In this document: one piece after another, positions 50,826 through 63,644 of the stretch
Layout: each line of letters starts with the position of its first letter
How positions within the stretch are numbered: the stretch's first letter is position 1
Assembly: GCA_965649765.1 (NCBI GenBank)
Contig: OZ287751.1
Location: 27,094,001-27,158,000, forward strand
From: Bispira polyomma
Lineage: Eukaryota
Length of the DNA stretch: 64,000 bases
Direction of reading: 5' to 3'
Translations under genes and position numbers: made by a program
Notes under the pieces: model-generated
What the model saw: the letters and a program-made list of their open reading frames with translations, nothing else
Databases searched by the model: none
What the model was told of the DNA's origin: nothing

Positions 50826-52892
50826 AGCAATATCTCGGCTATTGTGAAGTTGGACATACCACAAACTTTAGAACCACCATTGACCACATCTACACAAATA
50901 TACCATCAAGGATGTTTTCTTCTAGTACATTTGAGACATATTTTCCCGATCACAAAGCCATCTGGATTGGTATAACTGATTGTTAAATTTGTAACCCAAT
51001 AATACATTATAAAGGTTATCTTTTTGCTGAAAAATAACTTGGACAAAATCGCCCTGGTCAAAATTTATTGTTGTTTTTTTGTCTAAAACCTATAACTTAC
51101 ACAAAATTGCCCTGGTCAAAATTTAAAAAAAATTTGTCTTGAACCTGTAACTTGGACAATATTGCCATGGCACTGTTTCTGAAATAACAGAATTTCAAAA
51201 TGGCCGCCAAAATCGAAATTTAAAAAAAAAAGTTCACATATTAGCAGAATCAGCCCTAACGGACAATAAGATAACGGACAATTTAAAAAAAAAAAAAAAT
51301 TTTGAAAAGTTTACATACATGCAAAATTAACCATATGGGTTGAAAATGAGCTCGAAATTGCTCTATTTAGTAATTTTTATGAGATAATGGACATTTTAGA
51401 AAAAGACGCAGAATTTCAAGATGGCTGCCAAAATTAAAATTAAAAAAAAAAAAAAAGTTCACAGCAGAATCGGCACTATGGGTCGAAAATGAGCAAAAAA
51501 AAAGTCTATGAATAACTTGTACCAAGAAAAAGCCAAAATCCCTAAAGTTTCCGAGAAGTACCAATTTTGGGGATTTAAATAAAAATCAATCGGTCAGCAA
51601 TTGGTCAATTTACATCTGATATCTAAACAGCATCTCCCTTCCAGAAAATTGCCTTGCCAAGTTACAGGCCAAATTTCTTTGAGCTATGACAAATACCTTT
51701 TTAGAAAACCTAGTGACAAACACTTTTACACCCCCCAGGGTCACATTTAAGTAGGCAAAAGTTCAAACCCAAGAATTTGAAAAAAATTCCCACTTCTGGT
51801 TAAAAAAACTGACAGAAGCAATTTTGATGCAGATAATATTAAAGGAGATGTTTGATTAAAAGACTACTGAAATATATTTAAAAAGAAAGGGCAGTTATTT
51901 GGTTTTGGTCTGGTTTTATTGCCAAAGCTACATTGTTGTCTTCTTATTATAAGGGTATCAAAAAGGTTTTTAGTCTTCATTTGGTGTGGAAATATAGTTG
52001 CTACGAAACGTTAAAACCTACCATAGACTAGACCAATTCAACTATCCAGAAAAAAATATGTAATAATTTTTGCTGGTACTTAGTCTTGACAAAGTTTACA
52101 TCTGGGAAAATTGGAAATTTCATCACTTGCTGTGACTTTGAACTTGGCCTTTTGATGGACAATATGGCCCACAGTTTGCCTTTTTCTTTTCAACCTAGGA
52201 ATATTCTTCCTTTGTAAAAGCATTCAAACACAAAAATTTTAAACAACTGTGGAAAATGTCAATTTTGAACCCCATCTGGTATAGTGCATTCGCTAATCAG
52301 GGAAACAGCTGGACACTGAATATGCGATTGTTGCCTGAGGCATCATATGAATGTAAGTACTGGACTTTGAGATGAATAAGGGGTGCTCCAGCCATTATAC
52401 CACATGGCCACCCAGACGTATCATGAAACTAGAAACATTTTTAAAGCAAGGGAAGTGGTAGCTGGGTAAATAGATGTTTCTTCAACAAAATTATTTGAAT
52501 GACATTGATTTTAAAAGCAGCTGATTAGACAGTTTTGATTAGCCTGTTAACCCAGAACCTAACTTCCAAACGCCGGATGCTGCTCTCTAAATATTGTTGA
52601 CATTTTTTCCAATAACGTCAAAGATGAAAACTGCAGTTTGGCAGGTTTATCCCACACAAATAAAAAAAAAGCTTGACTGGTTTCTATTTTGTATGTTACA
52701 CACCTGTTACCTTTGTAAAGAATTCAAAGAATTGTGATCCCAAGATATTAATTGTTGGAAAAAACGCAAACAATGCTTTGCCTATATGAACTTTACGTGA
52801 ACTATCTCAGGAACGCTGTTTTTGTTTCCAAAAATCTTTTTGCGTTGATACTTTTTAACCCCCTGACGAGGTTTGACAGGAGTCAATTTAAT

Positions 52893-53925
52893 TGTATTCA
52901 CCGATCCGGTGGATACTTTGGTTTAGCGTTTGCTACGCCGTCACTGCTGAGAGATTTTCATCGTTCACACTCTGCGGAAAACTAGAACAGCTAGTTTCAC
53001 CAAATTTGCAGGATATCTTCATTGGGGGGCAAGCTTCTCTGTGACTGAAATTAGCCTCATTCTGAAAAAAAAGATGGCCACCCTGGGTATTTCTTTGAAA
53101 ATTATCTACCTTTTTCTACTGGCTGGTTCTCGTAACTAGAAGGTTCAACCCCTTCATAGGTAATATGTATAAAAGATAGATGTCCTCTATAAGCATGTAA
53201 ACATTTGATCATGAAGCTCTTCATTCAAGGTTATCCATGGAGTGCCAAAGTACCCCACATAGCAGACTTTAAAAGTCCCTATATCTTGCAAAGCCTACCT
53301 ACAGGAAATCATGGGATGGAAATCTTCTGATGCCGTCACCTTTGACCTTGGAGGCCTTCAAGGTCAAACGAGGATAGCCAAAATAAAAAGTGCTTATAAC
53401 TCGCTTATTATTAGTCCTACAGTTTTGAAATGTTAAACCAACCTATAGAAAATCATGGGCTGGAAATCTTTCAATGGGGTCAGATTTGACCTGGGGCCCC
53501 TCCATCAAGGTCAGATGGGGGTAGCTAAACTTAAAAGTGGGCCCCTCCTGTAAGGTCAAATGAGGATAGCCAAATATAAAGTGCTTATAACTCGCTTAAT
53601 TTTGGTCCTACAGGTTTGCAATGTCAAACCAACTTATAGGTAATCAAGGGCTGAGAATCGTCTGATGTCCTTAGATTTGACCTTAAGCCCCTCCTTCAAG
53701 GTCAGATGAGGGTAGCCGTAGCTAGGGTGCTTCCTACCTAGGTTGCTTTGTCTAGGGTGGATCAAATATGCATCGGTTCTCCAAAGCGCTAGGTCTGGTT
53801 TAGTTTTAAATGCTCTGTCTAGTCTTTGGTGCTTGCTTTCAACGAAAAAAAGAGCCTTGCATGGAAACCATAACTGTCTGGATTCTGACAGTGGGTGATT
53901 GTCATTTAGACTATTGTTTCCCACA
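52893..53925 (+). mobile_element. Second HINE-like element with internal tandem core repeats
   Basis: 5' inverted motif TATTCACCG..CCGGTGGATA; repeated TTTGACCTT...CAAGGTCA..GAGGATAGCCAAA...AGTGCTTATAACTCGCTT units at 53290-53720; short 3' hairpin. Confidence 0.6.
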
Positions 53926-54943
53926 AGGAATTTTAATTATATTGTAGCTTTCCTATTGAAAAGAAATATTTGGTTTTTGATCTAATAATGAAAAAAGAAA
54001 AAAAACTAAAACTAGATATGATAGACTGACAATGTCAGCGTTTGGGTTATCCCTGGCTAGCAGCTTTCTCAGAACTTTGTTTTCTTGTTAGTAGAAGGTT
54101 CCTTTCAGATTATTAGTCACTTATTTTTCAAGTCTATAATGGTTGGGGTGATTTGCCTGCAGTGATGTTTGGGCAGGGAAATTAGGTTTTGGGCAGGAGT
54201 CAAGGAAGTGTTTCTTTGGCAACTATTTATCTTTGAATGTTATGGGGTTTTATTTGGTGTGGATGCCACAGATAAAAACACTAAATGGATCTACAGCAAT
54301 TTTGGTGGCCTAGTGGTTAGGGAGTTGGTCTTGTAATCAGATGGTCCTAGGTTTGACTCCTGGTCCCGAATGCTAGTTTCATTGATGGGATTGAATCTTT
54401 AACCTATGTTTTCATCATTTGAATCCAAAACACATGCTCAGAAATTACTTGACTAATGAACATAATGTAAGTGTAATGTAGATGTTATTCCTATATAAAC
54501 TTCAGGCCCAATCAATAGTGCATTCAATGTAGCAATGCATGATTTACAAGTGACCTCAATTTACCCTTGGATATAACATGGCTCAAATTTTCTACTCCAA
54601 TCCTCATTCTATGTCTTTGTTTCACATAACACAAGTATACTCTGTTCTGCACTTTTATTGATCTTACAAGCAAGATTCCAATTTGGATGCTTTCATTTTT
54701 TTTACAAATAATCATTTTTCTTTTTATAACACAAAAAAACTATTTTACACATATATATCACGATTTACTTGGAAAATCTTTTTTTCTCAAGTGCAGTGGT
54801 GCTTGTGAATATGTTGGGAAGGAATAAATAATGTCACAAACGTAATCTGAAAAACCAAAGTGTGACAAGTCCTGACAGTAATTTTGAAAGTGAAATTAAT
54901 TCCACAAGGATTTTTTGAATTTTTCATCTTGTAGATGTAGTGG

Positions 54944-57727
54944 CTAAATGTTCTCTTCATTTAAGTCTCGTAAAAGAGCACTTTTCAGTTCAATAAATAA
55001 GTCAAACCGTCCATCTACATCACACACAAAATCTAAACCATTCTCCTCCATATATATCTGACAAAGATCATAAATATCTCCATCACAGATGTTGTTACAT
55101 TTCACTATTTCTTCTTCGCAGGCTTCCATAAGTTCTACCTGGACATTCTGTAACTGATCTTCAGCATGAAATAAAACAGGTAACGTGTAAAGCACCAGTG
55201 GTCGTCCATTTGGAATATTTTGGTTTTTGCAATGCCGGATGACATGACAATTCCACATTTTCACAAAGTTTTCCAATTCTTTCTAAAATTAAAAAACAAC
55301 AACATTACAAAGCAACATTAAAAAAATTTAAAAAGGAAACAATATACAAAGTCATATTCAGATGCACGTACAAACAAATTCACATAAGCGTTTAAAGAAA
55401 ATGAGTGGTTTACATGCCACCAAAATCAGACACTATATCCATGAATGTTTAGTGTTCCTTTGTACATAGATTTAATATAAAGTTTACTGTTGTCTAGTCT
55501 CAATGTTGGAAAGAATGTAAATCTGGTGATAAATCACAATTGGTTACATTAGAAATATAAAAGTTTGTTTGAACTTGGTGTAGGTGACTGGAGTAATCTA
55601 ACTGCCTTACATATTAATATTGGTTAATATATTTCGAACTCCTATGGGTATTCTCATCAGAGGCTGTATTAGAATCACCTTTCATGCCTTAAGGTGGTAA
55701 AATGAACTCCGCCCAACTCTGCCTGATCTGGCGGAGCAATTGAGCTGAATAGAGCTCTATATGGGCTCTAAGTCATTTTCAGGTGTTGTGTAGGCTCAAA
55801 ACCATGATTATACCTAATTAAGGTGACCAGGTAGGGTCCACAGATAGTGTACAGTTAATAAAGGCAGATATACATAATATTTTATAATATAATATAAATG
55901 ATTATAATTATACCTGTGTGGAGTATAATTAATATTTTTATCTGAATAAAATATAGAATCCAAAAGATATGCTTTTATTGGATTTCATTTCTCCATGGTT
56001 TTCAATAGACCAAGGAATAGAACCAAATGTGGTAGTCGGTAAAATTAACAGCTAATATATACATAAACACAGGTTAGTTCAGTGTGATTATGTGTGAATG
56101 CGTTCATGCACATTTGGTAAATATATGGCTTCATTTTACCACCTTAAGGCAAAAAAGGTGATCCTAATACAGCCTCTGATGAGAATACCCATAGGAGTTC
56201 GAAATATATTAACCAATATTAATATATAAGGCAGTCAGATTACTCCAGTCACCTGCACCAAGTTCAAACAAACTTTTATATTATTCACTTGGGTATATAA
56301 CCATGAGTGCAAGTGACACAGCACCATCCCAGCACTTAACCACCTTTCAGTGGGATAAAGTTCAACATTCAACACTCCAGAGCCAGGTACATGTATACCT
56401 GGCAACAGATTGAGTCATCATACTCTGAGCCTACTGGAAGAAGCCGCAAAAAACTTGTGGCTCCCCCCAAACCCATCAAAAGTCCATCCCAGTTTTCAGG
56501 CACTTTAGTCAGAGACAACACTGCCAAAAATGTGGAGTTCAGTATTGTTTATTGGTTAGGCTTGGATAATAAGGTAAATAGTACAGATAGACGCAGATGT
56601 CAAGAACTGTACTATGTTTGGTCCTTACCAACCCTCTACCCCAACTGGGATTAATGTATTTGTGTGATGAGGCCCTCTTACCTGGCACCCTTACCCTAGT
56701 GCCCCTTTACCCTTTACATTAGAAATATGTTTTGTGTAGAAATGGTCAGCAAAATATTTATTTTATGTTTTTCTTTTGTTCAATTTGATGGTATATAAGT
56801 GTCTACTGAAAGATTTTATTCCTGATAAAAATTGTAAACCCTTTTTAGGTGTGCAATGAAGCAACATTTGTTGATAACCCTTTTGGGTATCCTCTTTCAA
56901 TAAAACCAATGCAAACCTTACATTTATGATATCAACAAAGCAAAACTGCAACAAACTAACATCAATGTAGGTTCCTGTGAAATAGCCATCATCTTTAAAT
57001 TTACTAAGCATTCCATCCAAAAATTTGTGCACTCCTTTTGTAATGAACCCCACAATCTTTCAATTCTAGTATTTGAAGTGCTTTTTCCATATTTAAAGCT
57101 TTCAGATATGAATAAATTTTGCATTGCAGCAACATGAGCATTTTCAGTGCCGTAATCTCCACGGACAAATTTAGGACATCCATCTATTCTTTTGACTGCA
57201 TCAAGATAGTAGCCTGATATGAGACGGGGATCACTATTGGTACTGTTGACTTGTAACCAAATGATTTTCCTTGAGTAACCATCAATGCACCCATGTATGC
57301 AAAAACCATATAGGGTTAACTTATCATATCCATCTATGTGCCATGTATGGTTAGGTCCTTTGCTATGATAGATGCGTCTTTTCAATCGTTTCTTTTTTCG
57401 CAGTTCAACACCCTGTGGATCTAACAGTGTCATCAATATTCTTACATTTTCCCGAGTAATATTAAGGCCAGATTGCCGACATTTCAAATGCATCCATCTG
57501 TATCCATGTAGTGCACCAGATGAACCTAATTGACTTTCTATAAAAAGAGCACCGTCCAATATATCTGTTACATATTTTCGCCAAAAGAGGCCATAAGAGT
57601 TTATTAGTCTCTTTAAATGAGTCTTACTGATGACCATGCCATGTTCTTGTGCTAAGAAGGCTAGTATTTCATTATAATTAAACCCAAGGTGAAAATAAAA
57701 TGTAATGATGGGCTTCCTCTCTTCCAT
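54944..57727 (-). pseudogene. Integrase-core (IS3EU-like) transposase with two coding exons (57727-56922, 55282-54944) and one frameshift
   Basis: LHGYRWMH...LLDPQGVELRKKKRLKRRIYHSKGPNHTWHIDGYDKL..YGFCIHGCIDGYSRKIIWL...VRGDYGTEN...GKSTSNTRIERLW; -1 frameshift near 57010; GT donor at 56921, TTTTAG acceptor at 55283; exon 2 KELENFVKMWNCHVIR...PNGRPLVLY. Confidence 0.88.
55554..56282. mobile_element. Foldback/MITE-like element with ~150-bp inverted arms inside the integrase intron
   Basis: 55554-55706 is the near-perfect reverse complement of 56129-56282. Confidence 0.9.
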
Positions 57728-59994
57728 GACACTGTAGCATGTAGCAACTGAGCAAGAATAATTCCTGAAACACAATATAATTATTATTTTGTAAGTTTTA
57801 CGTCATGTGAAAAAACTTTGAGTTAGGAATAACAATTTACCACATTAAATTAGTAAAAAGTTTAAATTATATTCGTACTTCAAAATCTGTAGAGGACCCC
57901 TTAACAGATAACCTTGGTGAGAAATTAACTCTGAAAATCAACCCTCCCCCAAATCTACAATCTTATTAACACCTTTAAACACAGAAATGATGCACATACA
58001 CCAAAATACACAAAATTGCAAAATATTGACAAAGACAGGAATTGTGGAAGCTAATAAATGTGGTTTGGTTTTGATTTGCCTTTTTTTCTTCATTGATAAA
58101 GGACTTTGTCATATTGGACAGGGTGCTTATAGTAAGACCAAATAATTAAAGTGTTCGTTTAAGCCTTATAACTAAGCTGAAAACCAATCTTACATTGGGC
58201 TTAGCCATGGTTTCTAAGTTATATACTCCTACTTTATTTTAATTATTAAAAACTAGGTGAGCATTTTTATTGTAAGTAGGTGAGCTTTTCAATCGTTTAG
58301 TAAAAGGTTTAATTTTTCATAGTTTTATATAGTTTCATCACATGACTGTGGTGAAAAAAGGTACAGAGTTTATGATACCATTATAGCGACTTAAAGGGCA
58401 TGTCTTCTTTGACCTATGGTATGTGGCCATTATGGCATGTCACTGAAAAAATATACCTTGTGTGTACCATCACGGTGATGGAAATGTTTTACTTAATTAT
58501 TGTTATCCCTCACATTTTACCCCGGACTGTATATGGTTTTAAACAAGCAGTTTTTAGAAATGATTAAATTAATTGTGTAGATCAGCTAATTCCCTCTGTG
58601 ACATAGTATTTAAACATACCTATACCCATGGGTCCTTTATGTAGTTTGAAGTGGATTTTATTAGTATCTTGCTGTTTTACATATACATTATAATATGATA
58701 ATATAATAACCATACAAAGATAATAGTAAAGTGGATGCTTCACATCCTCATGTGTCATTACTGACTTTCCTGACCATGCCCTATCTTGGTCCTGAAAAGG
58801 CCAAGCCATCTCAATTGAAAATAATTAGAAAACAAAGTACAAATAAGAGCAGATTCATAGGAAATCTTCAGAGTTAACATTTAGATTGTCAAAAAAATCA
58901 GTTGATGTCAGTCATATATAAAAACATTTTTTTTAATGTTTCATACTTCACATATTTAATACTTTGAATCCCACATAAATATTATTTGATAAGAAATTAT
59001 TAATTTTCGAGAGTAAAAACATTCCTGAAATAAACATTGCTCCCGATTTAAAGGACTTGAGTGAACTGGAGTAAACCTCAAACATCTGGGCATTAACTAG
59101 GCATAAACTGGTGAGATCTTCAAGAGAGGCAGAGCTGGAAATTTTGAACATTTTCAAAACTTCTGTAGGTAATCGGCTCTGAAAGTACATCTTTAGAGAA
59201 CTGGACAAAAGGGATGTGTTCGGGGCTTAAACAAGGCATGAACAGGGCTTAAATTGGTTTGAATTTGTGTGATCTGGACAGAACTGGTGTAATATGGTGT
59301 AATCTGGAGCAAATGTTACACAAACGTGATGAAATGCTTAGATCTGGTCTGGGCATAAACTGGTGAGATCTGCTAAAAAAACTCGGAATATACTGGGCAC
59401 AAATGAGGCTTAAAATGGGAATATATCCTGGGCATAAGCAGGGCTTAAACAGGGCCTATCCTGGGCATGCAAATATATATAAATGAGCAAATTTCTCCAT
59501 TCTTTCCTGAGCTGCCAGGTTCTAATGGTTGAGAGTAAACTGTTATAAAGGTGGCGAGAGCTTAAACAGTGTGAATGCCGCATAAGAAAAGGTACAGAAA
59601 TGGCCATAGCCATTTCAAAACGGCCATCAATTGCAAAATAGAAAGTAACATAGATACACAACATAAAGAACATTTCCGTGTCAGTATTACAACAAGAATC
59701 GTGCTGAAACTGACCAATATAATGGCTGACACAATACATTGCATAGAAAGACAGTGAAGTGAACGATATTATGAGGTCTTGTACAATTCCAAAGCACCAG
59801 AAATCATTCAGTGAAAGTGTAAATATTGACATTAAAACATTGAATAAGTAATAATACAATTAAACAATTACCTGTATATTTTCATCAAAGAGAAACCACA
59901 ACCATTGGAACTTGAATATCCAATATAGATACAGCCCAAAAGGATCCGCATTAACATGTGCTCATGTACATCTCATAGATACAACATATACAAA

Positions 59995-60132
59995 AAATAG
60001 AAATGGAAAACAAACTTTCCATCTCGTTATAACGACTTATTAAAATTTTAGAAACGGGAAACAAACTTTTAAAAATTTAGAAACGGAAAACAAACTTTTT
60101 TTTTTCTTTAATGTTACTAATGGGCTTCCATA
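59995..60132 (-). mobile_element. Probable 5' terminus of the IS3EU-like element
   Basis: Minus strand starts TATGGAAGCCC (TAY terminus) followed by three AAAGTTTGTTT(T/C)CC(G/A)TTTCTA subterminal repeats and the palindrome CGTTATAACG. Confidence 0.6.
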
Positions 60133-60226
60133 GATTTATATCGAAAATGCGCCTATTTATTTGTCGTATTATGTTGTTCCTACTTTTGTAAAGGAGGTTT
60201 TTCACATTTCATTCTATTATTTGTAG

Positions 60227-60331
60227 TGTCCAGCTATTGGTGCGTCCTTTTGTTACCTGCTGTCATATTTGGTGGGTAGAAGACTGGTGAAGAAATATAT
60301 ACCAGAAAGAGCAGCAGCGTGCGCAGAAACT
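60227..60331 (+). CDS. TMEM41B: TMEM41B internal exon (VTT/DedA-domain lipid scramblase), 105 nt, phase 0/0
   Basis: TTGTAG acceptor; CPAIGASFCYLLSYLVGRRLVKKYIPERAAACAET; GTAAGT donor; matches human CSGLGASFCYMLSYLVGRPVVYKYLTEKAVKWSQQ as recalled. Confidence 0.93.
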
Positions 60332-60345
60332 GTAAGTATAGTCTT

Positions 60346-60454
60346 GGGCCCGTATTCACGAAAGGACTTAGCCAGGTCTTAGGCTTAAATTAGTATACTT
60401 TTGTGCTAGATTTAAGCCTAAGATCTGGCTAAGTCCTTTCGTGAATACGGGCCT
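60346..60454. mobile_element. Short hairpin MITE (GGGCCCGTATTC family)
   Basis: GGCCCGTATTCACGAAAGGACTTAGCCAGGTCTTAGGCTTAAAT / ATTTAAGCCTAAGATCTGGCTAAGTCCTTTCGTGAATACGGGCC, ~44-bp arms with one mismatch. Confidence 0.9.
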
Positions 60455-61490
60455 TGCACACGGTACAAAGTAAGGAATTTGAAATTCACCAATGTATCTG
60501 AAACTCGCCATCTGCAATTTAACCCAAATTAATACAAATTGCAAAAATTAACTATAAATATAGTGGGAAAAAAGGAAGATAACCATGGTTATTTTATGTC
60601 CACAGGGTAATCTCAGAACTCACAAGGATTACAGCTTTCATATTTTGCATACATATGCAATCTGTTTCAGTGACGGTCCATTTTTAATTTAATGTCAATA
60701 TAGTTAAAAATAAGTCAGAAATATCCATTTTCTGTTTAGGGATCCTGAGCTTTGATTGAAGGGTCTATCACCGCCCATTTCCGGTTTCTCGATTTCTAGA
60801 ACGATCTCAGCTGGTTCATTCATGGATAGTTTTCGTTGTTTTTGTGAATGAATTTAAGCGTATGTAGTAAGGTCACCTGGTCTTTCGAGCATGCACAGTG
60901 AAACGATCGATACCTCTTCCTCATTTATTCTCACAAAGAAGTTGCTAGAACCTTCTAACGATCGTTATGGCAAGTTAGAACGAAGTACATAATATATATA
61001 CTTTAAAATTCGCAAGTAAGAAGTTTAAAACAAATGAAACCTTTTGTGACTATTGAGACAATATATTAATAAATTTTGGGGAAGAAGTCTAGAATTTTCC
61101 CTCACGTGTATGAATATATATATTTTCGTGTATGAATATTTAAAAAAAGTGCCCTAAACCCTAACTTTAAATGTAAGAGATATTTAGGCTTAACAATGAT
61201 GGCTAACTCCGCTAAATACCCCTAAACCTTAACCCTAAACCAAACATTTAGATCCAATTGTCGTTGTTTTAGTTTGAATCTTCTATTTTCAAAGACGGAC
61301 ATCTTTTGTAGCTATTTCCGGAAATGATCAAAGAATATAGTTCATATAAACATCGATGAATTGGTGTCGCGGAAATATCCTGGCATATGGCGGTAGTTTC
61401 TTAATATTTTATACTGCATTGAATGGGTCTATCTTCATCAATATTCAACCTAAAATTTCACTTTTTGTATCACCAGAAAGCTATTGATCT

Positions 61491-61657
61491 GGGGCCGTAT
61501 TCACAAAAGGGATCAACGAAAAATCAGCTCAAGTTGAGCCAAAAATTAACTAAGCCAAAAATCAGCTCAAATTTTTGGATCAGATCAAATTTGGTATTCA
61601 CTAAAAAGTTGAGCTGATTTTTCGCTCAGCTTGATCCATCTTAGTGAATACGGCCCC
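61491..61657. mobile_element. MITE related to the GGGCCCGTATTC family
   Basis: GGGGCCGTATTCAC...GTGAATACGGCCCC with internal AAAATCAGCTCAA inverted repeats; CTG at both flanks. Confidence 0.85.
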
Positions 61658-63261
61658 TGTGCTATTCGACCGTTCCGACTGTTTTCAACCCTAAAGGATA
61701 TTCTCTGACATATTTGCATAAATCGTTGTAAAAATCTTAAAAGTTTTGAGATAAATAGGCATTGATCAAATTATGATTTCTCTGTAATTACTTAAGCTAA
61801 AATTTTAAGATTTATATTTCATGAAAGAGCAATCAATACACTTTCTGACCCTTTTTACAGAATAAAATGTCATTCAATATTGACTGAGATAGTAGTCTTT
61901 GTATTGTACAAACATATTCTACTGTGAATTCTATGTGGCAGTCAAATTTGTCGCGAGAATCTGCGTACCGAAGGATCCTATCTATGCAGTGTTTGTAAGC
62001 CGAGAGCTGTGAGAAACTGTGAATATAAATATATATTTGAAGTTTTCCCAATAATATGCAGTAAAATATCTAAAGATACAACCTTCATTGTTGTTAGGAT
62101 TATATACAATGACAAAGGTATAGTTTCTATTTATATACTGCTACCACGGAGTCGGATTTGGTCATGAAAGTTGGTCGATAGAATTTGTTATCGTCAAACG
62201 TCCTGTTATCGTACGCTTCCTGTTAACGGAAACTAGCAAATCTCTTATTTGGGGATTTAGAAAAAATTAAAACGAGCACGAAACAGCATTCTCTGATCTT
62301 TTAATTTTTATTATCGCCCACTGAAGACCGACCCTGTAGTGACTGTGTCCTTGTCAGTATTAGTGGACTCGCAAATTTCGGGATATTGTAGGCGCATGCG
62401 CAGTCTTTGGAAATTGTTTTTTTACTGATGGTTCACTAATTTGGGACGCTTAGCAAGATAACACAGCTGAAAATATTAAAATCGTAGTTTGGTCATTTCG
62501 AGAGCTGTAAAAATTGTTTTTATTAGGTTTTAAAGCAAAATTATTTAAACAATAAATTATTGAAACATTTTTTAAGGTGATTTGGTTCTTTATGCATAGA
62601 TGTTTTAATTTTGGTTTACCTTACTGGGTACCCAGATGGTTTTTCGAAATCCATTTCGACTGCTAACTAGCAACTTGCTTTGTACTGGTGGCATTATCAT
62701 GATATGACCGCAAGGTCATTCTCCTCTTGTTCAAATATAAAGTCAGATTTTATTCAGTTTCACTTCAGCCAGACATTCGGAGCTTGAACTTGAATCCTTA
62801 GTGTAGACTCACTCAATCTAAAGCCTTTTTCTTGTGTCATTATTCACATTTAGTATGGCTGACTTGATGTCCAAAATAGTTTCTTAGTATTTTGCTGGGT
62901 GAAAAAAAAAACAACAAAACCCCAAGTACTTGTACTCTCCATCCTCTTTTATTTCAAGAATCTTGCAACTAAGTAAAATTTAATTTGGATAATATAATCT
63001 TTATCAAGTAGTATTAAAGACCAGGAAAATAATCTTATAGAATAAAATTCAGATAAAACAAGGTAAAATTCAGATAAAACAAGTTATTTAACAATAGATA
63101 TTTTCAGTTAATTGGATCCAGCTAGTAATTTGTTTCCCTTGATGACGCTGTTTGCCTTGGTGGAGGTATTGACTCCTCTGAATGTTCATCTGGTTTTCTA
63201 CTGTTATCGGTTCTTATTCATATTATTGGTTATCAGATACTATTTTGTTCTGTTTTTCCAG

Positions 63262-63400
63262 GTTGATCGGCATTCTGAACATCTTCTCAATTACATTATA
63301 TTTTTGAGAATCACTCCGTTTTTGCCAAACTGGATCATCAACATCACTGCTCCAGTGATCAATGTGCCTTTAACTCCATTCTTTCTGGGGACATTTATTG
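63262..63400 (+). CDS. TMEM41B: TMEM41B next internal exon, 139 nt, phase 0/1
   Basis: TTTTTCCAG acceptor; VDRHSEHLLNYIIFLRITPFLPNWIINITAPVINVPLTPFFLGTFIG; GTGAGT donor; in frame with the preceding exon. Confidence 0.95.
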
Positions 63401-63644
63401 GTGAGTATTACTGCCCTGTCACAGTAGTGTTGTCATAAATTTTTTATCAGGCACGGCCTGATGCTATTTCATTCTAAAAAAGACTCCGCCTACTTAGAAA
63501 TAACCATTTAACAGTAAAATGATGCATACTAAAATAATAACTAAATTTCCTAACTCAAGTAGATTCATTTGAGTCTAAAACTATGTGAATTGAAATTTAA
63601 GTTTTGTGGAGTTATTGTGGGAGCATTAATTTTGTTGTATCCTG

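Noticed and set aside
61150-61242. Telomere-like CCCTAA/CCCTAAA motifs
   Set aside because: Only a few degenerate copies; such motifs are common inside DNA-transposon remnants.
63112-63438. Whole 108-aa ORF as a gene
   Set aside because: Only 63262-63400 is TMEM41B-like and bounded by splice sites; the rest is intron read-through.
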